In this document: piece by piece, positions 1-12,533 of the stretch | How positions within the stretch are numbered: position 1 is the first letter of the stretch | Layout of the letters: each line of letters begins with the position of its first letter | DNA from: Octopus vulgaris | Lineage: Eukaryota | Length of the DNA: 64,000 bases | Assembly (NCBI GenBank): GCA_951406725.2 | Contig: OX597830.1 | Coordinates: 29,388,001-29,452,000 of the forward strand | Reading direction: 5' to 3' | Program-made: the position numbers and the translations under genes | Notes under the pieces: model-generated | Told to the model about the DNA's origin: nothing | Database searches by the model: none | Seen by the model: only the letters and a program-made list of their open reading frames with translations

Positions 1-646
1 TTTCTACGACAAGTTTCCCTAATTCAAAGTGATGAAAATTCAATCCTCCCTTTAAATCTTTTTATTAATTTATGTTCCAAAGACTAATTTAATAAGTGTA
101 TTTCAATCGAAATATCGCAAAAAATTCTTAAATGTGACAGGCTTATAAGTTTTCAGGGTGATCTGTTTCTTCCTAATGAATTGTGTAACTTATCCTCAGT
201 ATTTTGCAGCTTGTAAAATATGTCCCAGATTCTTGAACCACTTAAACTTGGCTGACTGCAGAAATTATCATCGCAAGATCTTCTGCTCTGGCTTTCTGCG
301 TCTGCCTTGGAATTTTCGAGATTACTTGAATCTCACAGGCATTTGATTAACTTTGTTAAACACAGCTCTGCAGCTCAATCCGCAAGGTAGTGTTCAGTTT
401 ATTAGCATGCGTATTACGGGAGATTATTTACCTGTTCAGCGCTCAAATATTTCGTATAGGCCATAGGCCAAGGGAAAATTCATGTACTACAGTTTCAGTA
501 GAGCCATAAATGTGTGAATGAGTGTGGATATGCTTGTGTGTGCATATATCTATATATCTATAAATATATATATATGTATACATAAAAGCATATATATATT
601 TACATACAACTATGTTTATACATAAATGCATGCATACATACATACA

Positions 647-706
<60 letters not shown>

Positions 707-786
707 ACGTCAAAGGGTCATCAGTAATATTTGAATTTTCTAATGCCAGTGGCCAAGCGTGTCAAAATTTAGTCAATAGACTATAT

Positions 787-995
787 GCTCGAGCTGGCAG
801 AACCATTAGCACGCCGGACGAAATGCATAGCCGTATTTCGTATGCCATTACGTTCTGAGTTCAAATTCCGCCGAGGTCGACTTTGCCTATCATCCTTTCG
901 GGGTCGATAAATTAAGTACCAATTACGCACTGGGGTCGATGCAATCGACTTAATCCGTTTGTCTGTCCTTGTTTGTCCCCTCTGTGTGTAGTAAA
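787..995 (+). mobile_element. tRNA-derived SINE, family A (GGCGAGCTGGCAGAA head)
   Basis: Head with B-box-like GAGTTCAAATTCC, then the conserved block GTCGACTTTGCC..TCATCCTTTCGGGGTCGATAAATTAAGTACC; at least 9 copies in the window. Confidence 0.85.
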
Positions 996-1020
996 TAAAT
1001 ATATGCTATTCATAGAAATA

Positions 1021-1326
1021 AAGGGTAAAGACCCCCTTCGGTCATGAATGACCATGGGATTGCACCTAGAAAGTTACCCTCCTAGACACAAGTCCGGGCA
1101 AGGTTGTTTATGGAAGACCAGCAGTCGCCCATGCATACCAGCCTCCCCTCTCCACACCACCAGTGTTATCCAAGGGAAAGACAAAGGTCGATACAGCTTG
1201 GCACCAGTGACGTCGCAACTCATTTCTATAGTTGAGTGAACTGGAGCAACGTGAAATAAAGTGCCTTGCTCAAGAACACAACACGCAGCCCGGTCCGGGA
1301 TTCGAGCTCACAACTTCACGATAGTG
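1021..1326 (-). mobile_element. tRNA-derived SINE with CORE-like central domain (family D, tail type 1)
   Basis: Minus strand reads GCTCGAATCCCGGACC..GTGTTGTGTTCTTGAGCAAGGCACTT..TTGCTCCAGTTCACTCA; the same domain occurs at 22930 and 43680. Confidence 0.75.
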
Positions 1327-1597
1327 TACATTTAAACAGAGAAGAGGTATCCATCATAGGATTCCTTCAACGCTAGAGAGGACAGGTAAACAATTCTGCT
1401 GAAGAAGACTTCGCCTAACAAAATATTTCATTTGCTAACAAATGTCTGAAACCATTGTTCAAGGAGTTGGATAGTAAATGTTTTTATTTTTCATTCCCTT
1501 CGTTAATTTTATCCCTGATAGTGGTTGGGAATTTAACTGTCCTCTCTAGCGTGCAAAGAATCCTATGATGGACACCTCGTATGTTTTAAATGTACAC
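1324..1597. repeat. Fold-back mini-element with ~65 bp inverted arms around a hammerhead-like core
   Basis: Arm 1324-1390 (GTGTACATTTAAA..TCCATCATAGGATTC..CGCTAGAGAGGACAG) is the imperfect reverse complement of 1532-1597. Confidence 0.85.
1394..1464 (+). ncRNA. Degenerate type I hammerhead ribozyme motif
   Basis: CTGAAGA-AGAC[34 nt]GTCT-GAAA-CCATTG-TT; stem III is one change from the palindrome CAATTG; stem I is poor. Confidence 0.45.
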
Positions 1598-1620
1598 AGT
1601 ATTTATACCTACATACATAC

Positions 1621-1659
<39 letters not shown>

Positions 1660-1661
1660 CA

Positions 1662-1770
<109 letters not shown>

Positions 1771-2359
1771 TTATATATATCGATACATACACGGATATAT
1801 ACAATATACATGAATACATACATATATACATACATACATACATACATGCATATTAAGCTTATATACGCACGCGCATCATGCTTTTGTATATTTCAGGAAG
1901 TTTTCAAACGTTAAATGCATTCACATGCAAAACCTTGAGGCGCGAGTTTCATTGTCTAAAGTCGTCACAAAAGAAACGATATTTGCCGCTAAACCACAAA
2001 TGAAACCCCTTTGCCTGTTACTCCTTCAGCACTATTTAACGTACCTCCATTTTCTCCTTCGCTGCGGTTTTCGCCAGGGAGATGATATAGATATCGTTTA
2101 GCTTTGCTAACTTCTTCAGAATTATTATTTCTTTGTTGACGATCTCGAGATAATTAAATGTGGAGAAATATATTACTGACATTCCTCAGGAATTCATCAT
2201 TACAGAATTCGTTACATGGGTGGGCGTAAAAAATTGGCATACATAGAAGTTATTATACGTATGTACACATACATGCTCGCATACACTTATCAAATACATA
2301 CATTAACATTTGCATTCGATTGTGTATATATACACGCACATATTTATATGTAAAAACTG

Positions 2360-2427
<68 letters not shown>

Positions 2428-2474
2428 CCAGATACACAAATTAACATTTACATAAAAATTTATATGTATAATTA

Positions 2475-2507
<33 letters not shown>

Positions 2508-2922
2508 TAGATATATAGATAGATAGATAGGTAGATAGATATAGATATACACTGTTATATAAAATATATTTTATAAATCTGATATATATGTGCGTGTGTG
2601 TGTGCGGTCGTGCGTATCTATGTTTGTATATAGCTATAAATATAACGTACACTATATAATGTATGCTATATATATATATATATATCCCTCTGCGTAGGGG
2701 CGTGTGCTACTGCCTGGAAGTTATGACAGGAATTCCTCATTATAAAGTAATTAAAATATATTTAGTCATCACTTACGGATAAAGACAGGTCTGGATGATG
2801 TGGGGTATATAAATATGAGTACTTACATCTATTGAGACGCACATGCGTATATATAGACACACATACTTATCAACACGTTATATAATGGGAACCATTACAC
2901 TGATGAAATATATATATATATA

Positions 2923-2977
<55 letters not shown>

Positions 2978-3732
2978 GAAAACTATGATAATTAATAGAT
3001 ATGTATATGGAGATATATCAACACAACGCATACGTACACATGCACACGCGCTTGCATCATCCACAGCGAAACTGACGTATAAACGTATACGTACACACAC
3101 ATATATATATATATATTTATATATATAATAGCAATTTGCGCCCGGCGTTGCTTGGTTCTTATGACCTACAACCACATTGTATTATCTGTTCCTTTCTTAT
3201 GGGCGGAATCGGCACACGAGAATTATGAAGCAAACAACTCCTCTCTATAAACATGTTTTTCGGTCATTTTCTGATGAACAACGCTGTAGTTTCTGTTTAT
3301 CAATTTCGGTCGCAAGTCTGTTGTTGACCTAGAGCATAGTAGAAAAAACCTTAACCAAAGTACTATTTAGAGGAACTGAACATGGAACCATGTATTTGTG
3401 GAGCAAACTTATCAACCACACAGTTATTCTTGCAGCTAATATCCGCATGTGTTTACATTTGTTATTAAATCGAGTATTGTGTTCCACTATGTCTCAAAGC
3501 TATGTCTCAAAAGTCTATAAAATAATTGTCAAATTGAAATCCGTAAATTTTTGAAGGTGATACCCATCATGGCAATATTCGAAAGGTTAAACACAGTAAT
3601 ATGTTTAAATATTTCATGGCTTCAAATTTAAGGTAATGGATTGTTAACCACAAGATAGAAAGTTCAAAACTTCGTATATAACTTCCACTCTATACGATAA
3701 TACTATATGTACGTCACTTCCAACAATTAACA

Positions 3733-3791
<59 letters not shown>

Positions 3792-3795
<4 letters not shown>

Positions 3796-4165
3796 GGGAA
3801 GCTTTATGAAAATAAACAAAAGACGAAGGCAGGTGGAAAACAAACGAACAATTGTATTAGTATGGCGCTCAGGAAATATAAATAAAACAAGTCTTTAACG
3901 TTTCGAGCCTACGCTCTTCAACAGAAAGATACACAGAGAGAGAAAAACACAGAAAGAAGGAGAGAAAAAAATGCGTGCAGTAGCTAACGAATCAACATGG
4001 CGATCTGATTTCGGCCAGAGGTCAAAGATCAAACATGAGACGCGAGAGCGAAATAAGGGGAGATAATAGGGTTGATAAAAGGGTTGAGGGACCAGCTAAA
4101 AGTGCGTGGGAGGGGTCTGGATGTGTGTATGTATAGGGTTGGTGTATGTATTAGTATGTATAAGG

Positions 4166-4196
<31 letters not shown>

Positions 4197-4680
4197 TATA
4201 AGTGCGTATGCGGGGTCTGGACGTGTGTATGTATAGGGTTGGTGTAAGTATTAGTATGTACTGGTATGTATTAGTACATATTAGTATGTATTAGTTGGTG
4301 TGTGTATTAGTATGGCACATCATATGTGATGTGATGTGTAAAGTCATGTGGTGTAGTGAGGAGAAGAGGGGGAGGGGGAGAAGAGGGGGTAGAGAAGGCG
4401 AGGGGAAGAAGAGGGGGAGGAGAAGGGGGAAGAGGAGAGGAGGGGGAGAAGGAAGGGGAGGAGGGGGATGAAGGAGGAAAGAGGGAGAGGGGGAGAGAGG
4501 GATATATATATATATATATACCTTTCGGATTTTTCCTAATCTGATGTAACTCTTTGGTATAACAATTGCATGCGGCTGAAGAGAGCTTTAAACCATCCTT
4601 ATGTAAGAATAGGTCGTTTATAAAGCTTGAAACACGTGTACCGCGACATCCTTTGTGTTCTGTTTTTGATTTCATTTGAT
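3792..4680 (-). mobile_element. Penelope-like 3' end / pLTR remnant embedded in (TA)n
   Basis: 3792-3990 is homologous to 44868-45057, carries a hammerhead variant and is flanked by TA repeats; the right boundary is uncertain. Confidence 0.55.
3892..3929 (-). ncRNA. Minimal hammerhead variant (CTGTTGAA core)
   Basis: Minus strand: TCTTT-CTGTTGAA-GAGC GTAG GCTC-GAAA-CG-TT-AAAGA; 5-bp stem I, 4-bp stem II, palindromic ACGT. Confidence 0.75.
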
Positions 4681-4687
4681 ACATACA

Positions 4688-4738
<51 letters not shown>

Positions 4739-4763
4739 TTATATTTATTTATTTTTATTTATA

Positions 4764-5091
4764 TGCTCAGGAGTGGCTGTGTGGTAAGAAGCTTGCTTCC
4801 TAACCACATGATCTCGGGTTCAGTCTCCTACTATAGCCTCTGGCCGACCGAAGCCTTTGGCAGACGAAGCTGAAAGAAACCCGTCGTATATATGCATATA
4901 TATGTATGTGCGTATTTGTTGTTTTTGTCTGTATTTGTCGCCCTTACACCATCGCTTGACAACTGACATTTGTGTCTTTGTCTCCGTCACCTAGCCGTTC
5001 GGCAAAAGAGACCAAATATGTCCTAGGCTCGATTTGTGCGACTAAATGCGTGCTCCAGCATGGCCGCATTCAAATGACTGAAACAAGTAAA
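4764..5091 (+). mobile_element. SINE family B (GGCGCAGGAGTGGCTGTGTGGTAAG head), internally deleted
   Basis: Homologous to the near-intact copies at 22287, 32986 and 34401. Confidence 0.8.
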
Positions 5092-5118
5092 ACCAAGGCT
5101 GTGTGGAATTTATAGGTA

Positions 5119-5166
5119 GTCTTACAGCTGTTTCTGGGATATTGGCGATATCCCTTCATCAGAGAC
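5119..5166 (-). ncRNA. Type I hammerhead ribozyme, canonical core
   Basis: Minus strand: GTCT-CTGATGA-A GGGATAT CGCCA ATATCCC A-GAAA-CAGCTG-TA-AGAC. Confidence 0.85.
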
Positions 5167-5847
5167 GATATGAGAAAGTTAACTACAGGGAAATAGTTGA
5201 GTTCAGTATAAGGAGTTATTTTGGAGATGGATGGATGTATAAGGGGAGATAAAAGAATAAAAAATAAATGTAAAAACATATGTATGATGCTATAGTTGCA
5301 ATTCATAGCCTTAGCGAACCTTCTTGTATTTTTTCACCATAAACTTCACTCACAGTTTCTTCCTGTTTCTTTTGTACCTATATTTCGAAGTGTCAATTTT
5401 TATACACACAGCTTCACAGCCACTTACTCCTAAATCTTTGTTTTGAAATTGTTGACTTTTCTCTAAATGAGAATGAAATAGAATTTGGTAAGCACCAAAA
5501 CCGAGATGCACGTTCAGTGGTGTTGATGGTGGGGTAAGCGCGTTCTACCCAATTTCTTCTAGCCTCATCAATTGCCAAGTCCTTCCACATACCTTACTTA
5601 CATCGGAGATGAAAAAGAAAAGATGAATTAATTTATTATCGTATTAATTGCATGACGTTTTGGAATTTTGTTGTAAAATCTTGAAATCATTTGGTTTGTT
5701 ATAATTTTCCACTTTAATCTGATAAACAAACGCGATCGATCACATGCTCGAAGATTTTTCTATCAATTTCCATAAAATGTAGTGAACTCAAAGATGAACG
5801 ATTTATTAACTATTGTAAAATCTGTGAGAATATATTTTGTGACACTG

Positions 5848-6312
5848 AAGGCGGCGAACCGGCAGAAATATTAGCATACGGTGCAAAATACTTAGCGTCA
5901 TTTCGTCTGTCTTTACATTCTGAGATGAAATTCCGTCGAAGTCGACTTTACCTTTAACATTTTCGTGTTCGATTAAACAAGTAGAAGTTGAACACTGCGA
6001 TCGGTGACTTACCCCCACCTCAAAAATACTGGCTTTGTGCTAAAATTTCAAGCCAATATATTTTGTTACTGCTATTCTGCCATTAAGCACCCGAAGTAGT
6101 AACATGTTGTATTATAGGAACAGCACGCTGGTCAAAACGCTTAGTGGAATTTCGTCCGTTTTTACGTTCTGAGATAAAAAATAAATTCACTGTGATTAAG
6201 TTTGCCTTTCATCCTTTGGAAATCGATAATATTATTATTGAACACTGGTGCCGATGTAATTGATTTACCCCAATTCCAAAATTCCTGGCCTTATTCCAAA
6301 ATTTGAAACCGA
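5848..6312 (+). mobile_element. Two degenerate family A SINE copies
   Basis: GGCGGCGAACCGGCAGAA head at 5850 and a second body from ~6120; GTCGACTTTACCTTT / TTTGCCTTTCATCCTTT blocks. Confidence 0.65.
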
Positions 6313-7231
6313 TACCTTCTGCAGCAACAAAGGCTCTCGCGAAATATTTGTAGTTCATCTGCCGTAGTTTTTCTTTGGTTGCAAGAATTTAACGTGATAT
6401 TGTTTTCCACATATTAATACACACAACACACACACACACACGCACACACACACACGCGCGCGCACACAACACACACAAGTCCGAACGCACGCACGTAATA
6501 CTACAAGAATTCAAGAAAATGTATCTGTGTTGAAATATGTTTATGATTTAATCGTCGAGGATTTAGTGTTTGAATAACAAACTTTCAAGATTTTCGAACG
6601 AAGCAACAGATGAATACACATGGCCACACACTAAGACTTCTATGTTTCCATGTGTCACTGTATACGCATACATATATACACACAAATGTTCATAACGACA
6701 CTTACACTTCAATAGATTTATGATTTATAACCTTAAATTACATGTAAATTATGAAGAGGTAATTACGTAGGCACATTATACGTCTTAGTATATTATTAGT
6801 GCGTATATACATATATATGCGTATATACAGATGCGTGTGTATGTATACGTATAAATTTATGTGTGTATGTGTGGGTGTAATTGCGTATATTTACATATAT
6901 GTGCATGTTTATTTATATATGAATATCTATACGTACGTGTGTTCATGTATGATTCTCTGCATGCATGTATGTATATACCGAATGAGAGACATAGGATTCT
7001 GTATGGAGAGAGAGAGAGAGAAGGAGAGGGAGGAGCGTCACTGTTAGTGAGAGAGAAGGAGTTACAAAGAGTAGGAGGTGAAGAATTGTAGGAGGGTATT
7101 ATAGACTTGGAGTATCGGGTTGAAACAGAACTCCGATCGACAACTAATAGAATGTATTTTATGAACAAATATTAATGTTTTTCTCATTAAGTGCACATTC
7201 ATATGATCTAAATAGAATGATTTCTAATATG

Positions 7232-7296
<65 letters not shown>

Positions 7297-7356
7297 TACA
7301 TACATATGTGTGCATGAGAAGGAGGGAGTAACATAGGGAGAGAGAGAGAGAGAGAG

Positions 7357-7397
<41 letters not shown>

Positions 7398-7532
7398 CGG
7401 ATGATGACGAGCGTGAAAGAGGAAGAAAAAATACGAAAACGAATCGACAAAGGGAAATTTATATTCCTAGCTTGCGACGTTTCGACTTAAAATGAATAAA
7501 ATATACGTAATATAAAACAAATAAATAATCCA

Positions 7533-7753
7533 TATAGTTGGGTTGTGAAAACTTTTGCTGGCCTTAAGAGTCTCGCGGAAGGTCTGTCTGCTGGACCAAC
7601 ATCCTGCGTTCTTTTACAGGGCTTAGAAAAACGAAAGAACCACTACCATAAGTGTGTGAATTTTAGAAGGGAATATGTTGAATCAAAGCGTAATTAATTG
7701 ATCCTCCTGCATTTCCCGTTAATCAAAGCCAAAACCTTTTCACCAACCCCTCG
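7533..7753 (+). mobile_element. Mariner-derived MITE
   Basis: Encodes a remnant GLEKRKNHYHKCVNFRREYVE resembling the mariner C-terminus; imperfect TIRs; homologous to 30849-31068. Confidence 0.6.
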
Positions 7754-7813
7754 TGTATGTATAAATGTATGCATATATGTGTATATATATATATATATAT
7801 ATAATATATATAA

Positions 7814-7844
<31 letters not shown>

Positions 7845-7849
<5 letters not shown>

Positions 7850-8854
7850 CAAGTCAAAAATAGAAAATGCTAAGATAATTTTATAGTGAATCTTTCAGTA
7901 CCGGTTTCGGTCATTTTGAGACCTTTTCAACTGTAACGATTAAATAATTAAATTTAGAAAAATTAGAAGAAAAGTTTTTTAAAAGAATATTTCTATAGTA
8001 GTGTTCAGATGTAAGTGGCATTCTGCCTTTCTCTGACTCCCTTGTTTGCACTTGTGTGTTCGAGGTCGTTGTGAGTTCTTGGTAGGGTAGGTGAAGAAGA
8101 AGGCTGATGTGGAGAGGGGGTGGGGAAATCTGGGAATGCCTTGATGGTCGTATTTTGAATGGTCAGTGGCGGACAACAGTCGCAGTTCAATTTAGGAATT
8201 GTTTATGGAATTTGCGTAGGCGTTATATTGAGAGACATTAGTGACAAGGTTAAGGGGTAGAAGGTGGAGAAGTAGAAGAAGAAGAAGATGACGATGTTGA
8301 TGATGATGATGATGATGAAGAAGAAGAAGAAGAAGAAGAAGAAGAAGAAGAAGAAGGAGAAGGAGAAGATGATGATGATGGTGGTGATGATGATGATGAC
8401 GACGATGATGATGATAATGATGATGATGAAGAAGAAGAGGAAGAAGAAGAAAAAAACAGAGAAGGGAGAATATGAATGGGTGAAAGTATAGCTGTGATGG
8501 GGCTGATTAGTAATGGATTCTATGGAATGTAATATTTGTGTGTGTATATATTTCTTTTATTCTAAAGTTGAGGTATATTAATTGTTTGTCGTAGACCCGT
8601 TAAGAAGTGGCCTGTATTTTTTAATAAAGAGATTTTCTTTACTTATTCGTTGTCTCGAGGTTGTATCGTCCCTAAATTGGTAGAGGGGGAAAATCCTGAA
8701 GTTTGGTGTTTTTTGTTGGCGCAAGTATCTATGTGTTGGCTAAAAGCTATTTTTCTGTTTTGGGGAATTTTTATCTGGGATCTGTGCAGGGCCATTCGTT
8801 TACGCAAACCATTTTTTGTTTGGCCTATGTACTGCTCTTGACACCCGGAGCAGG

Positions 8855-8900
<46 letters not shown>

Positions 8901-8930
8901 TCGTTTATAGTCCGTTTGAAGCACTGTAGT
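7845..8930 (-). mobile_element. Penelope-like retroelement remnant (GIY-YIG endonuclease end + pLTR)
   Basis: ORF 8643-8924 contains ITCSGCQEQYIGQTKNGLRKRMALHRSQI..FSQHIDTC; downstream hammerhead at 7893-7936. Confidence 0.85.
7893..7936 (-). ncRNA. Minimal hammerhead variant (TTGAAAA core)
   Basis: Minus strand: TTACAG-TTGAAAA-GGTC TCAAAAT GACC-GAAA-CCGG-TA-CTGAAA. Confidence 0.8.
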
Positions 8931-9139
8931 GCATTCATATTATGTCATCGTAGGTAAGTTTTAAAAAATATTTGTGTATACATAGCTTTCGTTATTTAAA
9001 ATTTTTAGCGTTTGGTTTGGCACCAGAAGCAGCAGCAAGTCTTTAGCTGTTGATCGTGGTGGTTTGTTCTTACGGGAAAATGATGGTGGTGTAGGTCATG
9101 ATGTTGGTTGTAGTTGAAGGAGCCATAGTCCCATCTCCG

Positions 9140-9400
9140 ATCGACTACTAATTGTACGGGTTGAGGTGGTAGATCAATATAGCTTCTTCGATACTAAGAT
9201 TTCCTGAATGTCTCTCCGACGTTTGTATGGAGGCGTCTATCATTTGGTAGAGTTGCTGCATTTGATTAAGAGTTTGCAGGAGGAAAAGGTATTATACGAG
9301 ATTCAGTGCTCCAGATGCTATAACATCTGTAGCGCAGTCCGATAAATCCATGACCACAGGAAAGAGTTCCTCACTAACAACGCGTCTTTCTTGAAGAATC
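9140..9400 (-). pseudogene. Degenerate GIY-YIG C-terminus of another Penelope-like element
   Basis: Hand translation gives ..RHSGNLSIEEAILIYHLNPYN*, resembling the L-x-I-x-E-A-I-L-I..P-x-N end of PLE endonucleases. Confidence 0.4.
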
Positions 9401-9749
9401 GCGATCATAGAACTTCTGGTCCTTATCAGCCAAGATATGATGCAAGTGTAATTTCAGGTCATTATCATTATTGAAAGTTTTACCATTCAATGAATTTTGC
9501 AAACTTCGAAATAAATGGTAATCTGATGGAGCAAGGTCGGGGCTATATGGTGGACGTTAGATCACTTCCCAACCAGGCTCCAATAATTTTTCATAAGTTA
9601 CCAAAACGTCTGTGGTCTAACGTTTTTCGTTCACTGCTTCCTCCAGTTTCATTAGTTGTTGACAGTAAACATGTGAATGGTTCATTTGGTTCCTTGGAAG
9701 CAGCTCAAAATATACATCTTTGTAATCCCACCAAATTGACAGCATTACA

Positions 9750-10431
9750 TTTTGTTATGCATTTCAGTTTCCGGTGTGGTTCGTGCTGGTTCGTTACATT
9801 TGGACCACGATACCTTTCAAAACAAGATCGATATCATTGCGTTTGAGATGCATATCGCAAATATTGATGCTTTGTGTAAGAGAATCCCTTTCAATTTATA
9901 TGGAACCAAAATATCGGGCTTCTAAGCAAGTCTAAGATATTTAAGTGATTTTAAATTAGTGTTTGTGATATATTTAAGCTCTGCAATCTCTCGCGCAAAT
10001 TGCAAAATGAGATTGAATTATGCATTTGATTCGGTCATCATTAACTTCAGTAGATCGACCAGAACGTTGGCCATCTATGAGTCAACTATCCCCAGAACGG
10101 AATTTTAAAAAATAACATTTATGACATGTGCCTTCTGTTAAGAAACTAACACCATAAACTTCGCATATCTCTTCATGAGAGTCAGCAGCTTTCTTGCCTT
10201 TACAGAAATAGTAAAGCAAAATATGGGGAAAATGTTGCTTTCGCACTCCATTTTAAAATTGACACTGTACTAACAGCTGTAAACAAAATTACGCGCAGCA
10301 TGTTTCTAAAGTAAGCTAAAGTGAATGGCTATCAAATGTCGAAAGTAAAAAAAATCATAACATTGACAAAAGTAATTAAAAAAAAAGTCGTTGCTCTATT
10401 TGCAACAAGGGAAATTACTTTCTTGTCAAAT

Positions 10432-10435
<4 letters not shown>
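9750..10435 (-). mobile_element. Mariner transposon remnant (5' end)
   Basis: From the ATG at 10251, across a frameshift: ..PHILLYYFCKGKKAADSHEEICEVYG..KFRSGD..QRSGRSTEVNDD and ..INICDMHLKRND (mariner HTH region); TIR-like TATGGATTTGACAAGAAAGTAATTTC near 10410-10435. Confidence 0.8.
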
Positions 10436-10470
<35 letters not shown>

Positions 10471-10471
<1 letters not shown>

Positions 10472-10615
10472 CAACTCGGGCAGTAACTTCTGAGCTCGAG
10501 TCAGGCGCGTATGAATGATGGGGAGAGAATGCTTCCTCCGAATGATATTTTTTGACATAGATCACCTCTAAGACGACCGCCAGACGCTGAACAACAATAA
10601 ATGAACTGCAATATG

Positions 10616-10654
<39 letters not shown>

Positions 10655-11318
10655 TGCATATATATATCAGAGGCGACGCCAGGTCATCAGCGTCACTCGG
10701 GCTCAACACAGATGTCGTCCCTCGGGCTCATCTAAGATTTCGCATAAAAGACATGCCTGTTCGAAGAATTTCACCATTTTCCGCAGTCTTTCTAGCTCAA
10801 AATAGCTTATATTTTATATCTTCCACTATTTCTTCTCCATTTCTAACTTAAGCGTAAAAATAAAGCCCACCTACAAAACACAACTTATCTTTACACACAG
10901 GCTCATAGAATAACAGCAGTCAAATAACCACAGCTGAGTGCACAACAAACATCAGCGACCTGTCACCTGTACACTTGACACGAGATGCCAGTTAATCTTT
11001 TACACCTGCAAAGCTCCTTTGTATTAGCCCTAATGTCCGGATATTTTTTCGTTCCTTTAAGAATATTGTAGAGGAAAAATTTCATGTATTGGAATTTAAA
11101 TCCTAATCTCTATAGAAATTAACTGTTTCAAGAAAACATCAAATTCGAATTAATTTTAATTCTTATGATTATAGCTAACAATTCGAGCAGTAATTTCTGG
11201 GGCTCGAGTCAGGCACGTATGAACGATGTCGAGAGAATGCCTGCTACGAATGATATTTTTTTTGAAATAGAGCAACTCTAAGACGACCGCCAGACGCAGA
11301 AGATAATAAATGAAATGC
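10471..11318. repeat. ~140 bp direct repeat (10471-10610 and 11178-11318)
   Basis: Both copies read ACAA.TCG.GCAGTAA.TTCTG..GCTCGAGTCAGGC.CGTATGAA..CTCTAAGACGACCGCCAGACGC. Confidence 0.85.
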
Positions 11319-11447
11319 GACCAGGCTCAAGAGAAGGAGCCCGAATTATTAGATGCAATTGCATATGTTGGAGCCAGTGTTGGTAGAAATGAAATCAGCT
11401 AGCAAATACACGTAACTTTATAAAATTATGCTCGGGTTGAGTCACCA

Positions 11448-11509
<62 letters not shown>

Positions 11510-11524
11510 TATATATGTGTGTGT

Positions 11525-11711
11525 GTGTGTGTCTCTGTGCTTGTCCCTACTTCCAACATCGTTTGACAACCGATAGTGGTGTTTTTAGCGGTTCGGCAAA
11601 AGGGAACGATAGAATAAGTAATTACAAAGAATAAGTCCTGGGGTCGATTTGCTCGACTAAAAGTGGTGCTCCACCATGGCTGCTGTCAAATGACTGAAAC
11701 AAGTAAAAGAG
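11525..11711 (+). mobile_element. SINE family B, 3' half
   Basis: GCGGTTCGGCAAAA..AAGAATAAGTCCTGGGGTCGATTTGCTCGACT..AAATGACTGAAACAAGTAAAAGAG. Confidence 0.8.
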
Positions 11712-11738
11712 TATATATATATATATGTATACATGTAT

Positions 11739-11780
<42 letters not shown>

Positions 11781-11782
<2 letters not shown>

Positions 11783-12224
11783 TGGAAAAGGAAAAGAATG
11801 GCTTCACATGTAATTCTAATCAATTTGATTTCCTAATGATAATATCTTACATTTTGGTTTTTAGATCTAGTATGTTCATTGTTAACTTCGGTGGAAAGAT
11901 TTTTTAAAGATTGCTTGTTAACTTTTCTGGACAACTTTATCGCATTCGTCGGTGTCGATTGTCAAACTGATCAGAGTCTGCGTTGTTTTGTGCGATTCCG
12001 TATCATATATAGAATCACACAGCACAACCTGAGGTCAGATGACAATCGCCAACGACCAACGTGTGAGAGTTCTCCAGAAAAGTTAACAAAGAATCTTTAA
12101 AAAATCCCTCCATCGAAGTTAATGAAAAACTTACTAGATCTAAAAACCAAACTGTAAGATAATATTATTAGAAAATTAAATTGAGTAGATCTACCAGTGA
12201 AGTTATTCTTTTCCTTTCAATTAT
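11781..12224. repeat. ~440 bp imperfect palindrome (fold-back)
   Basis: Paired blocks such as TTGGTTTTTAGATCTAGTA / TACTAGATCTAAAAACCAA and TTGTTAACTTTTCTGGA / TCCAGAAAAGTTAACAA; centre near 12005. Confidence 0.9.
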
Positions 12225-12533
12225 ACCTAACTGTACGAATAATTTTACATAGATTCCATATATAAATACTCACACACACACACACACACGCACATACACA
12301 CACACATGCACTCACACACACACACATATCGGAATAAATATATATATATCGGAATAAATGCGCTAAGCGGTGTTTACTTATGATCACAAGTTTGGTTCGT
12401 TAAAATATGTTTGTCACATATTTCAACTGCTAACGGCAAATACACTGCAGTTACCGTGAAGAAAAAAATCTCTCTTATGTTAAAAAGGTGTGGAAACACC
12501 CCTTTCGTTCAGTGGAAACACCCTCTCTCGGGA

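Noticed and set aside
7470-7490. GTC-GAAA-CG-TC hammerhead 3' half on the minus strand
   Set aside because: No upstream core or stem II partner is visible
9490-9846. 118-aa plus-strand ORF
   Set aside because: No recognisable domain; its 3' part is antisense to the mariner remnant
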